From contig JAVYWZ010000008.1 in the NCBI GenBank assembly GCA_038877255.1, forward strand, positions 1 through 40,407: DNA of 40,407 nucleotides. The letters run 5' to 3'. This document shows, one piece after another, positions 27,473 to 36,578 of the stretch. Each line of letters begins with the position of its first letter. The stretch's first letter is position 1. The notes under the pieces are model-generated. The model was not told the origin of the DNA, made no database searches, and was given only the letters and a program-made list of their open reading frames with translations. This stretch comes from Candidatus Micrarchaeaceae archaeon (GTDB lineage: Archaea; Micrarchaeota; Micrarchaeia; Micrarchaeales; CABMGC01). Position numbers and translations under genes: made by a program.

Positions 27473-28936
27473 ATGGGAAAATATGGAATTACTAAAAGTA
27501 AGATAATAAAAATGATTTCGCAAGGAACAGACACGCTTAGCGAAATAAGTGCGCACCTAAATCTTGCTCCTTCTACAGTCAGTAAGCACCTTCACGACCT
27601 TGAAAGTGCAGGAATAATCAGATTAAATGAGAACGAGCACATCAAAAAGTGGAAGCATTATTCGCTAAATGAGGTCAAAACGCAGCAGCATGCCAAGTTT
27701 TATGAAAACGGCATGCCCGTTGAAGATAAAATACATAGTAGCGGCAGAGTATGGCTCCTTATTGGCCTGATTGCAGTTGCTATTGCAGGCATATCGTACG
27801 AAATTTATTCAAATCAAAAGATAAGTTTGCCTATATACTTGACTGATCCGCCACAGGTTCCAACTGGCACTCAGGCACTTAATGTGAAATACTCTTCAGT
27901 AAGCCTGCTAATAAATAAAAGCCCTACAAACAAGTATTGGCTTACTATTAACAGTTCAGGCGCTATAAATTTGATCAGCATAATTAATGCCACAGCAATA
28001 ATAGGAAAGGCAGAACTTGCAGCTAACGTAAAGATTTCTAAGGTGAGATTTAACATAAGTTCAGCAAATATAACTATAAACAATGTAACGTACCCCGTTT
28101 CACTAGCTAGCAACAGCCTTATTGCAAGTTTGAATAATTCAAAGGTAAACGCATCTTCTGAATTGGTCCTTGATTTTTCTCCAATAATTGTGCCAGCATT
28201 TTCATTCGGCACGTTGCAATTTGTCATGCTCCCTTCATTGAGTGCTGCGATGGGCGCAACGTATCGAGTAGGCAACAGCTTAAGGAAATTTCCAATTAAT
28301 ATAATAGATAAGCGCATGCTACATATGCCAGTTTTTCAGCAAAGATGGTTTTCTGGCGTAAATGCACTTGAAGCAAATAATATAACTATGAATTTTAGTA
28401 ATGGCACATTACTTTTTGGCATAAGCATTAGAAACATAGGCGGTAAGCCGCTCAATCTGCTCTATTTAGGCATTTTTGGTAATTCAAGCAAGAGTCAAAC
28501 GAATTGCACTATAGTTTCGCGCATAATCAATTCCAGCATTGTGCTCAACATGTCTGAAATAAACAACAGATTAATAGCATGCACCAACTCGATTCTTGTG
28601 TTGCCAAATACAACTGGTGCTACTGCGCATTCAGTGTACGTTGTTTTAAACAACAATGATAGAGATTTGCAAATGTTCTGGTATGAGCGTATGCCTATTT
28701 CATTAGGGTTTAAGATATTGCAAAACGCCACATTATGCAATATAATTAATGGCGAATGCTACTCCCCAGATCAAACTAAAACAGGCTATGATCTAGGAGC
28801 AGGGTCTACAGTAGTACTAGAATACAATGGCACACCGGCAATTCCTTCAAGCATGCTGCAAAGCCTGATTGACAGCAAGGGCTATACTGTGGTTGTTGTA
28901 ACAAACCAAGGAGTAGACAGAATAAGCAACGCATGA
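27473..28936 (+). CDS. Membrane-tethered transcription regulator: ArsR-like wHTH, TM, DUF4382-like extracellular region
   Basis: TLSEIS..LNLAPSTVSKHL.DL...G.I; TM VWLLIGLIAVAIAGISY; LTDPP.VP motif; many sequons. Confidence 0.8.
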   Translation: MGKYGITKSKIIKMISQGTDTLSEISAHLNLAPSTVSKHLHDLESAGIIRLNENEHIKKWKHYSLNEVKTQQHAKFYENGMPVEDKIHSSGRVWLLIGLIAVAIAGISYEIYSNQKISLPIYLTDPPQVPTGTQALNVKYSSVSLLINKSPTNKYWLTINSSGAINLISIINATAIIGKAELAANVKISKVRFNISSANITINNVTYPVSLASNSLIASLNNSKVNASSELVLDFSPIIVPAFSFGTLQFVMLPSLSAAMGATYRVGNSLRKFPINIIDKRMLHMPVFQQRWFSGVNALEANNITMNFSNGTLLFGISIRNIGGKPLNLLYLGIFGNSSKSQTNCTIVSRIINSSIVLNMSEINNRLIACTNSILVLPNTTGATAHSVYVVLNNNDRDLQMFWYERMPISLGFKILQNATLCNIINGECYSPDQTKTGYDLGAGSTVVLEYNGTPAIPSSMLQSLIDSKGYTVVVVTNQGVDRISNA

Positions 28937-29090
28937 TTTTTAGTTTCGAAGCGGCAAGCGCACGTTAACTAGCAAGTGTCCCTTGACAGAAGGAGCTTTC
29001 ATTTGTTTTTATTGGTTCTATGCAAGCCAATCAGTTTATTTGCAAACTTCCCGTTCGTTCTTTTCCGTAGGATTTTTATCTTTGAAGCAT

Positions 29091-29121
29091 AGGCAGAGCC
29101 TCTGCCTTTGGTTTTTTTTTT
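29091..29121 (+). terminator. Hairpin plus T-tract (terminator-like)
   Basis: AGGCAGA-GCC-TCTGCCT followed by TTGG and 10 T. Confidence 0.5.
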
Positions 29122-29165
29122 AAAAAGCGTAAGCATATTTGTTTTTATATTGCAATGTAATTTGG

Positions 29166-31604
29166 ATGCAAACTATGATCCAGAATGGCATTGATGCAGA
29201 AAAGGAATCGGTAAAAGAGACCTTGACAAGACTTAAGACGAGCAGGGGCGGACTTGCTGAAGCAGAGTCAGCAAAAAGGCTTAAGACATATGGATACAAT
29301 GAGATAATAGAAAAGAAACAGAGCAACGTGCTAAAATTCCTGAAAAAATTCTACGGGCCAATACCATTCATGCTGGAGTTGGTAATAGTAATAACTTTCG
29401 TAATACATGATCTTAAAGATTGCTACCTTATTCTTTCATTATTGTTGTTCAACGCTGTAGTAGGATTCTTAGAAGAAAGCAGGGCGGGAAACGCGATAGA
29501 ATTATTGAAGAAGCGACTTACGGTCAGCGCAAGAGTACTTAGAGAAAACAATTGGCGGGTAATTAACGCGCGCGAGCTTGTACCTGGAGATATAATAAGA
29601 ATACGCATAGGAGACATAGTTCCTGCAGATGCTAAAATAATAGAGGAGAGCCGGCTAGAAGTAGATCAATCTGCTCTCACTGGAGAGTCCCTGCCTGTCA
29701 AAAAAGGGCCTAACAAGATAGCATACGCAAGCTCTGTTGTTAAAGAAGGCGAAGCCACATGCGTAATAATAGCAACAGGATATGGTACATACTACGGACG
29801 CACTGCGAAGCTTGTTCAGATCGCAGGAGTAAAATCTCATCTTGAAACAATAATACTGAAGATAGCGCGCTATTTGATTGCATTCGATTCTATAATTGCT
29901 ATTCTGCTTTTTGCCATTGGCACGCTTATACTGCACGAGCCTTATGCAGTTATGATTCCATTCGTGCTTTTAATAGTAATGGCCTCTGTGCCAGTGGCGC
30001 TGCCTGCTGCTTTTACCGTGGCAATGGCCTTAGGTACTAAAAGGCTTACTGAGAAAAACACATTGATAACGAAGCTTGAATCAATAGAAGAACTGTCTAC
30101 GCTCGATACTGTATGCTTTGACAAGACTGGCACCCTCACGGAAAACAAGATGGAAGTAAAAGAAGTTTTTGCAGTAAATGGGCATACGGAAAAGGAGGTT
30201 ATTACCGCAGCGTTTTTGGCATCGAGGAAAGAAGATAACGATCCTATAGATTCTGCGATAATAAAATACGCTTCAGAAACAGGCATCAAAACAGAAACAT
30301 ATGCGGTTAAAGAATTCACGCCTTTCCAGCCTAAGAGCAAAATGTCCTCTGCTACTGTTATTTACAAAGGCAGACTGTTTAGAGCGATGAAAGGCGCGTT
30401 TGGCGTCATAGCCAAAGAAAGCAATGCTAATGAAAAGATCAAATCGCAAATAGGCAATAAAATTGACGAATATTCAAGGCTTAACTATAGGACAATAGCA
30501 GTTGCTGCTGGCAGTAAGAAGCTAAACATGATAGGGGTAATTGCTCTATATGACAAGCCAAGAAGTAGCGCAAAAGAGCTAGTAAAAGAGCTGCTTTCTC
30601 TTGGCATAGACATTAAGATGCTAACCGGGGACAATTTGCAGATAGCGCAAGAAATTGCCAAAGAGGTAGGCATAGACAAGAGCATTACCGACTTTTCAGA
30701 GCTTAAAAGCAGAAGCGCAGACATAATAAATAAAGAGATAGAAGAGCACGGCGGTTTTGCAGAAATATTTCCAGAAGACAAGTATATCATAGTAAAGGCT
30801 TTGCAAAAGAGTGGCCACAGAGTTGGCATGACCGGCGACGGAGTGAATGATGCGCCTGCGCTCAAGCAGGCAGAGGTAGGCATAGCAGTAAAAAATGCCA
30901 CTGATGTTGCCAAAAGCGTTGCAGGCGTGGTGCTGATAAAAAACGGGCTTAACGTTATAATTGATGCCATAAAAGAGAGCAGGCGCATTTTCGAGCGCAT
31001 GGTGACTTACGCAATGGCAAAGATAGTAAAGGTTATACAGATAATACTGTTTATTCTGGTTGCGTTTCTCCTGCTGAGGCAGATACCTATATTGCCATTC
31101 GAGCTTATACTTCTTATTTTCACAAACGACATAGCCAACATCTCTATATCAACAGATAATGCCGAATACTCAAAAAGGCCAGATACGTGGAATATAAAAA
31201 GCATGTCTTACTCATCGCTGGAGCTTGGAGGCATCTTGCTGCTGTTGAGCTTGCTTTTCATACCAGTAGGCAAGTACCTGGAGCCCGCGTTAGGCGCATT
31301 TCAGACATTTGTATTTTTTATGTTCGTCGTCACTGATCAGTTGCTCATCGAGAGCCTGCGAAACAGAAGATCAATATTCAGCACTAAACCCAGTAAATGG
31401 CTTGCTATCACTTCTGCGATAAGCGTGCTTGTAGGTGCCCTATTTTCGTATTTCGGCATTTTTATCACGCCAATTTCACTGGTTTCAATACTTGTAATTA
31501 TGGCAATGAGCTTTGCACTGATTCTAGTATTCGACTTTGCAAAAACTAGAATTTACAAGGGCATAGGAATAGGCAAGCACTACAGCATTTCGGCAGGAAA
31601 ATAA
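29166..31604 (+). CDS. P-type ATPase, P3A plasma-membrane H+-ATPase type
   Basis: LTGESLP, ASVPVALP, DKTGTLT, KGA, DKPR, MLTGD, GDGVNDAPALK, TM6 TND. Confidence 0.92.
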   Translation: MQTMIQNGIDAEKESVKETLTRLKTSRGGLAEAESAKRLKTYGYNEIIEKKQSNVLKFLKKFYGPIPFMLELVIVITFVIHDLKDCYLILSLLLFNAVVGFLEESRAGNAIELLKKRLTVSARVLRENNWRVINARELVPGDIIRIRIGDIVPADAKIIEESRLEVDQSALTGESLPVKKGPNKIAYASSVVKEGEATCVIIATGYGTYYGRTAKLVQIAGVKSHLETIILKIARYLIAFDSIIAILLFAIGTLILHEPYAVMIPFVLLIVMASVPVALPAAFTVAMALGTKRLTEKNTLITKLESIEELSTLDTVCFDKTGTLTENKMEVKEVFAVNGHTEKEVITAAFLASRKEDNDPIDSAIIKYASETGIKTETYAVKEFTPFQPKSKMSSATVIYKGRLFRAMKGAFGVIAKESNANEKIKSQIGNKIDEYSRLNYRTIAVAAGSKKLNMIGVIALYDKPRSSAKELVKELLSLGIDIKMLTGDNLQIAQEIAKEVGIDKSITDFSELKSRSADIINKEIEEHGGFAEIFPEDKYIIVKALQKSGHRVGMTGDGVNDAPALKQAEVGIAVKNATDVAKSVAGVVLIKNGLNVIIDAIKESRRIFERMVTYAMAKIVKVIQIILFILVAFLLLRQIPILPFELILLIFTNDIANISISTDNAEYSKRPDTWNIKSMSYSSLELGGILLLLSLLFIPVGKYLEPALGAFQTFVFFMFVVTDQLLIESLRNRRSIFSTKPSKWLAITSAISVLVGALFSYFGIFITPISLVSILVIMAMSFALILVFDFAKTRIYKGIGIGKHYSISAGK

Positions 31605-31701
31605 GCGAGAGCAAGCAATAAATTTCTATGGTTTGAAAGATTAATTGGCAACATTTTCTTGCGCAATTTTTCATTATATTGTTTTGAACATATGCAAAAG
31701 C

Positions 31702-32361
31702 ATGGGTTTTAGCGTGTCCATACGTGATATACTGCCATTCGAGAAAGGTATTGAAAAGGAGAAATTTGAGATACTTGCCAGTACATTTATTAAAGAAGAC
31801 TATTTTTGGTTGGTAAGCGATTTAAAACCTAACACTACCGCGATAGACATAGGCGCATATATCGGCGACACTGCACTTTATTTTGCCATGCAAAACATGA
31901 TAAAACAGGTGCTTGCATACGAGCCGTATCCCAAAACCTTTAAGGAACTAGCAGAGAATATAAAAAATAGCAAGAGAAAGGACAAGATAAAAATATTCAA
32001 TCAGGCAGTAGGCAAGCCTGGTTCAAATTACAAGATAGCTGTTAACGAGTCAACAGAAGAAGCATATGAGAGCTTGTCAGAAGGGGGCAAGCAGGAGATA
32101 ACGGTGCTTGGCCTTGATCGCATACTTGAAGAGGCGCACGCTGACAATTTAATAATAAAAATGAATTGCGAAGGTGGAGAGACGTTTATCATCGATTCGG
32201 GTTTAGATCTGAAAAACGTTTACAAAATGCAAATTTTGGTTTATACACAGTTTTCTAGCATGCGCACATTGCAGCAGATATTGAATGCATATGGCTTCCA
32301 AACGAGAATGGAGCCGAAGAAATTGCCAGACCTGGAATGGCTTTATGCTTGGCGCCCATAG
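31702..32361 (+). CDS. FkbM family methyltransferase
   Basis: IDIGAYIGDTALYF, VLAYEP, KMNCEGGE (usual D is N). Confidence 0.85.
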   Translation: MGFSVSIRDILPFEKGIEKEKFEILASTFIKEDYFWLVSDLKPNTTAIDIGAYIGDTALYFAMQNMIKQVLAYEPYPKTFKELAENIKNSKRKDKIKIFNQAVGKPGSNYKIAVNESTEEAYESLSEGGKQEITVLGLDRILEEAHADNLIIKMNCEGGETFIIDSGLDLKNVYKMQILVYTQFSSMRTLQQILNAYGFQTRMEPKKLPDLEWLYAWRP

Positions 32362-32392
32362 AGTATTGATCAGCACGTTTTACAAAAATTTT

Positions 32393-32834
32393 GTGACTAA
32401 ATTAGTATATCAATTGAGCCGAAACGAAGATGATGGCGGATATTTCCTCTCAGCAGAATGGGCTCAAGCCAATATGGGCAAATTAAAAGCCCCTGAATTG
32501 GTTTTAGGAGAATTCAGAGACATTGATATATAACGAGCTTATCATAAACGGAGGTCCTGAAATCAAAATCCAGGGAGTTGTTTATAAATCCGAAAAGTTA
32601 AAAGGAGCGGCAGAAAAGGTAGCGAAGTGCGCAGAAGAAATGTTAGGCCAAAAAATACCCATCGTATATATAAAAGAATCAGGGAACGAAGATAAAAAAC
32701 AGTCAGATGATGATGAGCAGACAAAATCATTGCGAGCCACAGTTAAGCGATTACAGAGGGATAGTGCTATAATGCAAAGTCATTATGAATTTAGAGAATG
32801 GCCACCTTCTAAACTCCATTATCCTTTATCCTAG
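32393..32834 (+). pseudogene. Hypothetical gene apparently split by a frameshift in an (AT)n run
   Basis: Two adjoining ORFs overlap at GATATATAAC (32525-32534): ...EFRDID then IYNELIING... Confidence 0.4.
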
Positions 32835-33801
32835 TGGCTCTATACACCTCGTAGAGCCCTAAGGCCTGTGGATCAATGTTTACAAGTTCTATATCGTTAT
32901 TGCCAAGCTTCCTTTCTCCTCTCATGAAATCATTCATGTACAATCCATGCATTGCACCAACGACGATCAAAAGCGTACTTTTTTCATCAATGTGATCAAG
33001 TATGTTATTGACATTGTCTTTCATTATTTTGTTTCTTATACCATCGGCTTCTTGAGGTGGTAGATTTGCGAGATTCACGGTATCAGGCATGTCTATCGGC
33101 TCTACTGTTACTCGCTTGCCGTACTGCTCCTCTAAGCCGGTTAATACGCGCAACATGCCTAAATACCACTCTGGAAACGGTGATTTGCTTGCAAGGAATC
33201 TGTAATCAAATTTATATAAATTATTAAAGAGTTCTCTGGTATCGCTATCTGAATAGCCTTCAAATGCAATAATCACCGAATGCCCTGTACTTTCTATTAT
33301 TTTCCTGGCAATCTTCTCAACCTTTTCAGGTTCTGAGGCGTCCGAATGGCGCGATAAAAACATTATTACTCTCTTGTACACATCTACATTAGAAACGTCT
33401 ATATTCGACAAATCTGTATTTTGGGTTACTTTCTTTGCATTTATATTTTCTTTACCAGCCTCTTTCTCTATATTTTTTCTGCCCTCATCGTATAACAAAA
33501 ATAGATCAGACCCTTGCGAATAGTTAGACCAATTTTTATCTAGAAAATTCTTTACTTTTTCTATATACTTTTGATCAAAAACAAATATACCACAAAAACT
33601 TTCTGCTGTAGCTGGCTTATTAGAAATGGCAATAATTTGTTTGTTGTCATTAAAGAACCTAAAGTATTTGTTTTCAGGATCATACACATATTCCATACCT
33701 AAATCCTCAGATAGTTTTTGGGAAATTGTTAATCTATCCTGCGATTCGGCTTTGTTTTCTTCCCAAGGCTCAGGTTTTTTAACTTTTTGCTTTTCGCTCA
33801 T
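32809..33801 (-). CDS. EreA/ChaN/TIKI-superfamily protein (putative metallopeptidase/hydrolase)
   Basis: Ordered motifs SRHSD..E, IAFEG, PID, RNKIM, LIVVGAMH; GGTGA RBS. Confidence 0.65.
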   Translation of the reverse strand: MSEKQKVKKPEPWEENKAESQDRLTISQKLSEDLGMEYVYDPENKYFRFFNDNKQIIAISNKPATAESFCGIFVFDQKYIEKVKNFLDKNWSNYSQGSDLFLLYDEGRKNIEKEAGKENINAKKVTQNTDLSNIDVSNVDVYKRVIMFLSRHSDASEPEKVEKIARKIIESTGHSVIIAFEGYSDSDTRELFNNLYKFDYRFLASKSPFPEWYLGMLRVLTGLEEQYGKRVTVEPIDMPDTVNLANLPPQEADGIRNKIMKDNVNNILDHIDEKSTLLIVVGAMHGLYMNDFMRGERKLGNNDIELVNIDPQALGLYEVYRATRIKDNGV

Positions 33802-33962
33802 ATTATCACCTTCGTAAATGTTTATGTTTTTGCTGATATTTAAATATTCTCAAAATTAAAATTTGTTAAATAAAGTTAACAATTTTGCAAACTGCTGTTT
33901 TGCATGACGACGAAAAATAGAAAGGTAGTCTTGAAACCTTATGCGACCCGCAATTACGATTC

Positions 33963-34070
33963 TGAGGTGATCTATCCGCAGGTTTCCCTACCGATACCTT
34001 GTTATGACTTAGGCCCCCTCATAGGACTCTAATTCAAAAACATCTTATGATGACTATAAAATACTTCACA
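33963..34070 (-). pseudogene. Degenerate fragment of the 16S rRNA 3' end (h44 tip to h45)
   Basis: Minus strand GAGGGGGCCTAAGTCATAACAAGGTATCGGTAGGGAAACCTGCGGATAGATCACCTC versus universal AAGTCGTAACAAGGTA.CCGTAGGGGAACCTGCGG.TGGATCACCTC; upstream hairpin TATTTTAT-N7-ATAAGATG fits the h44 tip. Confidence 0.85.
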
Positions 34071-34160
34071 CCTATATCTACGTATTAGAATGTTGACTTT
34101 TCTATTATAACATATCGCTACTTTTTATCATTTACCAATTACATTACTTCCACAATTTTC

Positions 34161-34530
34161 TCACGCATATCGCATCCAATACGCAATGAGGCATGCGAAC
34201 ACATACACAGCGACTTTCTTTATGCCGATAAATCGATTCTTCGCAATACCGAATAGTTCTTTCAGCCTCGAAAAATGCGCTCCACGGCCCACCTCTTGCC
34301 ATAGTTTGGATCTTTCGGCTCTATTGTCTTGAGATATTTATTTCCACTTCTTGAGATAACGGGCGTTATGCCGTCATATCACAGTTGTTTATATATCTTT
34401 GATGAATGGTATTGCGCATCTGCGAGAAACTTCGCACCATACTGCAGCACAAGCCATTCTTCACTTTGTTGTAAAATGGCGTGAACATCTTCTTGTCGTT
34501 AGTGTTTGCAGGGATCAACTCTGCAGCAAT
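34161..34530 (-). pseudogene. C-terminal remnant of an IS4/IS5-superfamily transposase
   Basis: AAELIPANTNDKKMF..., AKFLADAQY, internal TGA and frameshift, YGKRWAVERIFSRLKE; homologous to 233-948. Confidence 0.85.
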
Positions 34531-34634
34531 TGATGCGCTTAGTCAATTTACAAAATCTCAAATATCTTTAAACAAATTTCGATTTTTAGAAACACTTAAA
34601 TATCAGATATGGCGTTATTTCTTACGATGATGAA

Positions 34635-35144
34635 ATGAGCGAAAAGATGACAAATGGAGGGGTAAATGAAGACTCATCCGCCATAAAGAAGTTAGCCAGA
34701 AACAGTGACGAACGTTTGGAAGAGCAAATAGCCTCAGCTAAAAAAGAGCTTATAGACTGGTTTTCTAATAACGTGGATGCTTTTAACCTTTTTAGAACTA
34801 GTGTAGAAGAATGGGTAAAAGATTATATAGAAAGACGAAAGAGAGCTTATAAGGAAGAGGAATACAAGTATAAAATCTTCAAATTCTATGGAATTGAAAC
34901 CAAGCCTCCTGAAAATCAAACGGAAACGTCAGAAGATATGGTAAGAAACGCACTTCCTGATCACATTGTTTTATGGCTCTCTACTGACTACGACAGTAGT
35001 AAGGCGCCATTCATTCGTAACCTTGAGGACTTTGAGGCTAAATATGATAAACACATTATAAATGAGGCGCTTGTAGAAATAGCCCTTGAAATGGCCAAAG
35101 AAACAGGCTTAATCCAAAAAATACTCTACGGTGGTCTCACTTAA
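34635..35144 (+). CDS. Hypothetical acidic helical protein
   Basis: 169-aa ORF with TATA box and RBS-like leader; begins MSEK like 33801. Confidence 0.75.
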   Translation: MSEKMTNGGVNEDSSAIKKLARNSDERLEEQIASAKKELIDWFSNNVDAFNLFRTSVEEWVKDYIERRKRAYKEEEYKYKIFKFYGIETKPPENQTETSEDMVRNALPDHIVLWLSTDYDSSKAPFIRNLEDFEAKYDKHIINEALVEIALEMAKETGLIQKILYGGLT

Positions 35145-35229
35145 AGAAATGGCCTTTGATATGGCCCTTGAGATTATCCAAGGCCCCCTACAAATAATGC
35201 ACTTAAAGAAATAGCCGTTATGGCCTTTT
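35067..35229 (+). repeat. Three degenerate ~30-bp direct repeats spanning the end of the 34635 gene
   Basis: GCTTGTAGAAATAGCCCTTGAAATGGCC / CACTTAAAGAAATGGCCTTTGATATGGCC / CACTTAAAGAAATAGCCGTTATGGCC. Confidence 0.7.
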
Positions 35230-35551
35230 GAAGTTGCCATGTCTGAGGAAGCAAAAGAAGTGAATGACTAAGAACTGCGGAAGTATAATTACTATGTCTG
35301 AAGCTTAACCAGTAACTAATGATGCAGAGCTTATTAGCATGCATGTCATGTTGATAGTAGTACTGACTGCTTTCCAGCGTTAAATGCGGTGGCAAGGCTA
35401 ATTGAAGAAAAAAGAAGAGATTATTAGAATTTCTAGAAAACTGTTGGAATAAACTCTTGCTAGTAGCTTTACAAATTAGCGAGTACTAGCTCACATTTTG
35501 CAAGAAAAAAGTGTATTTAAATATCAGAAAAGACATATAAAATTTGATTAT

Positions 35552-36088
35552 ATGGAGGAGCATGTTATTCCTGGAGGTGCACGCTTGCTTATTGGTGACT
35601 ATGTTTACACTACTATAGAATCTGCAAGTCCTGTAGGGTATGGCCTTATCCTTCCATCGCCAAATAGTCCTTTATTTAGAGAATATTACAAAAAGGCAAC
35701 CGATTATGCTGGGTTGTCAACCGGCTTAGACCGTGTAGCACGGCTTTTAGGATTCGTACATGACAGCATAATGTACGACGAAAACTTCGGTAATGGAATG
35801 AAATATGTACCGCTTTACATGGCACTAAGGGACGGGAAAGGTGTTTGCAAGGAAAAGGCGGCGTTGCTTTACATGATTCTGACCTTGGAAGGCTTCGATG
35901 CCAAATATGTAAAAGGCACGCTTACTGATAGAGATGGAGCAGGAGGGCATGCATGGGTCAAGATTCGCATTGGAAAAGATGAGTATCTGGCGGATCCGAC
36001 AAACAAAAAGCTGTTTAGATATGAACTTGCACAAGAACAAGGTTATAAAGAAACATCAGTTAATTTTACCGTAAGACGCCTCAAATAA
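35552..36088 (+). CDS. Transglutaminase-like cysteine protease
   Basis: GVCKEKA, GHAW, ADPT (Cys-His-Asp triad); start moved to MEEH. Confidence 0.88.
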   Translation: MEEHVIPGGARLLIGDYVYTTIESASPVGYGLILPSPNSPLFREYYKKATDYAGLSTGLDRVARLLGFVHDSIMYDENFGNGMKYVPLYMALRDGKGVCKEKAALLYMILTLEGFDAKYVKGTLTDRDGAGGHAWVKIRIGKDEYLADPTNKKLFRYELAQEQGYKETSVNFTVRRLK

Positions 36089-36195
36089 GAATAGTTTCAA
36101 ATAATTGATATACGCTATTGTATTATCTTGTTTTCCTGAAATTTCACAATATTGAAACAAAAAGTGTTTTTGTTTAAAGCATCTTTTTCGAGTTT

Positions 36196-36348
36196 ATGGA
36201 AAACAGGCCTTATGGGTTAAGCAAGCATTATAAAGCGCCAAAAGACTTTCAAGAAACCTTCTCTTACTCGAGAGGCATATTTTATATTAATAATATGGAA
36301 TATGACATTGCATTTTTCAATTTACTGAAATTTTTCAGAGCGTACTAG
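36196..36348 (+). CDS. Possible 50-aa small protein
   Basis: MENRPYGLSKHYKAPKDFQETFSYSRGIFYINNMEYDIAFFNLLKFFRAY; preceded by perfect IR AAACAAAAA-GTG-TTTTTGTTT (36155-36175). Confidence 0.25.
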   Translation: MENRPYGLSKHYKAPKDFQETFSYSRGIFYINNMEYDIAFFNLLKFFRAY

Positions 36349-36578
36349 TTTTAGCCGTATGTAACGCGGTTTTCTGGCCTCCGACGATAAAACTATGCGT
36401 TTATTTGAGCTACGCTGCATGCTTTCATGCTGATGCAAGTAAATACGTGCGTAACAAGATCGCTTAATCTAGGGCAAATTCCAGCAATACTAAAATTAGA
36501 TTAGACATTCTAATATAGTTTTGTAATTAGTTGTCATATGACTTTTGCCACCTGGCATTTGCACTTTCTGCAAATTAT

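Noticed and set aside
33963..34070. A functional or split 16S rRNA gene
   Set aside because: Only about 100 nt, substitutions at invariant positions, and no upstream rRNA sequence
35174..35395. 73-aa minus-strand ORF
   Set aside because: No motifs; overlaps the degenerate repeat region
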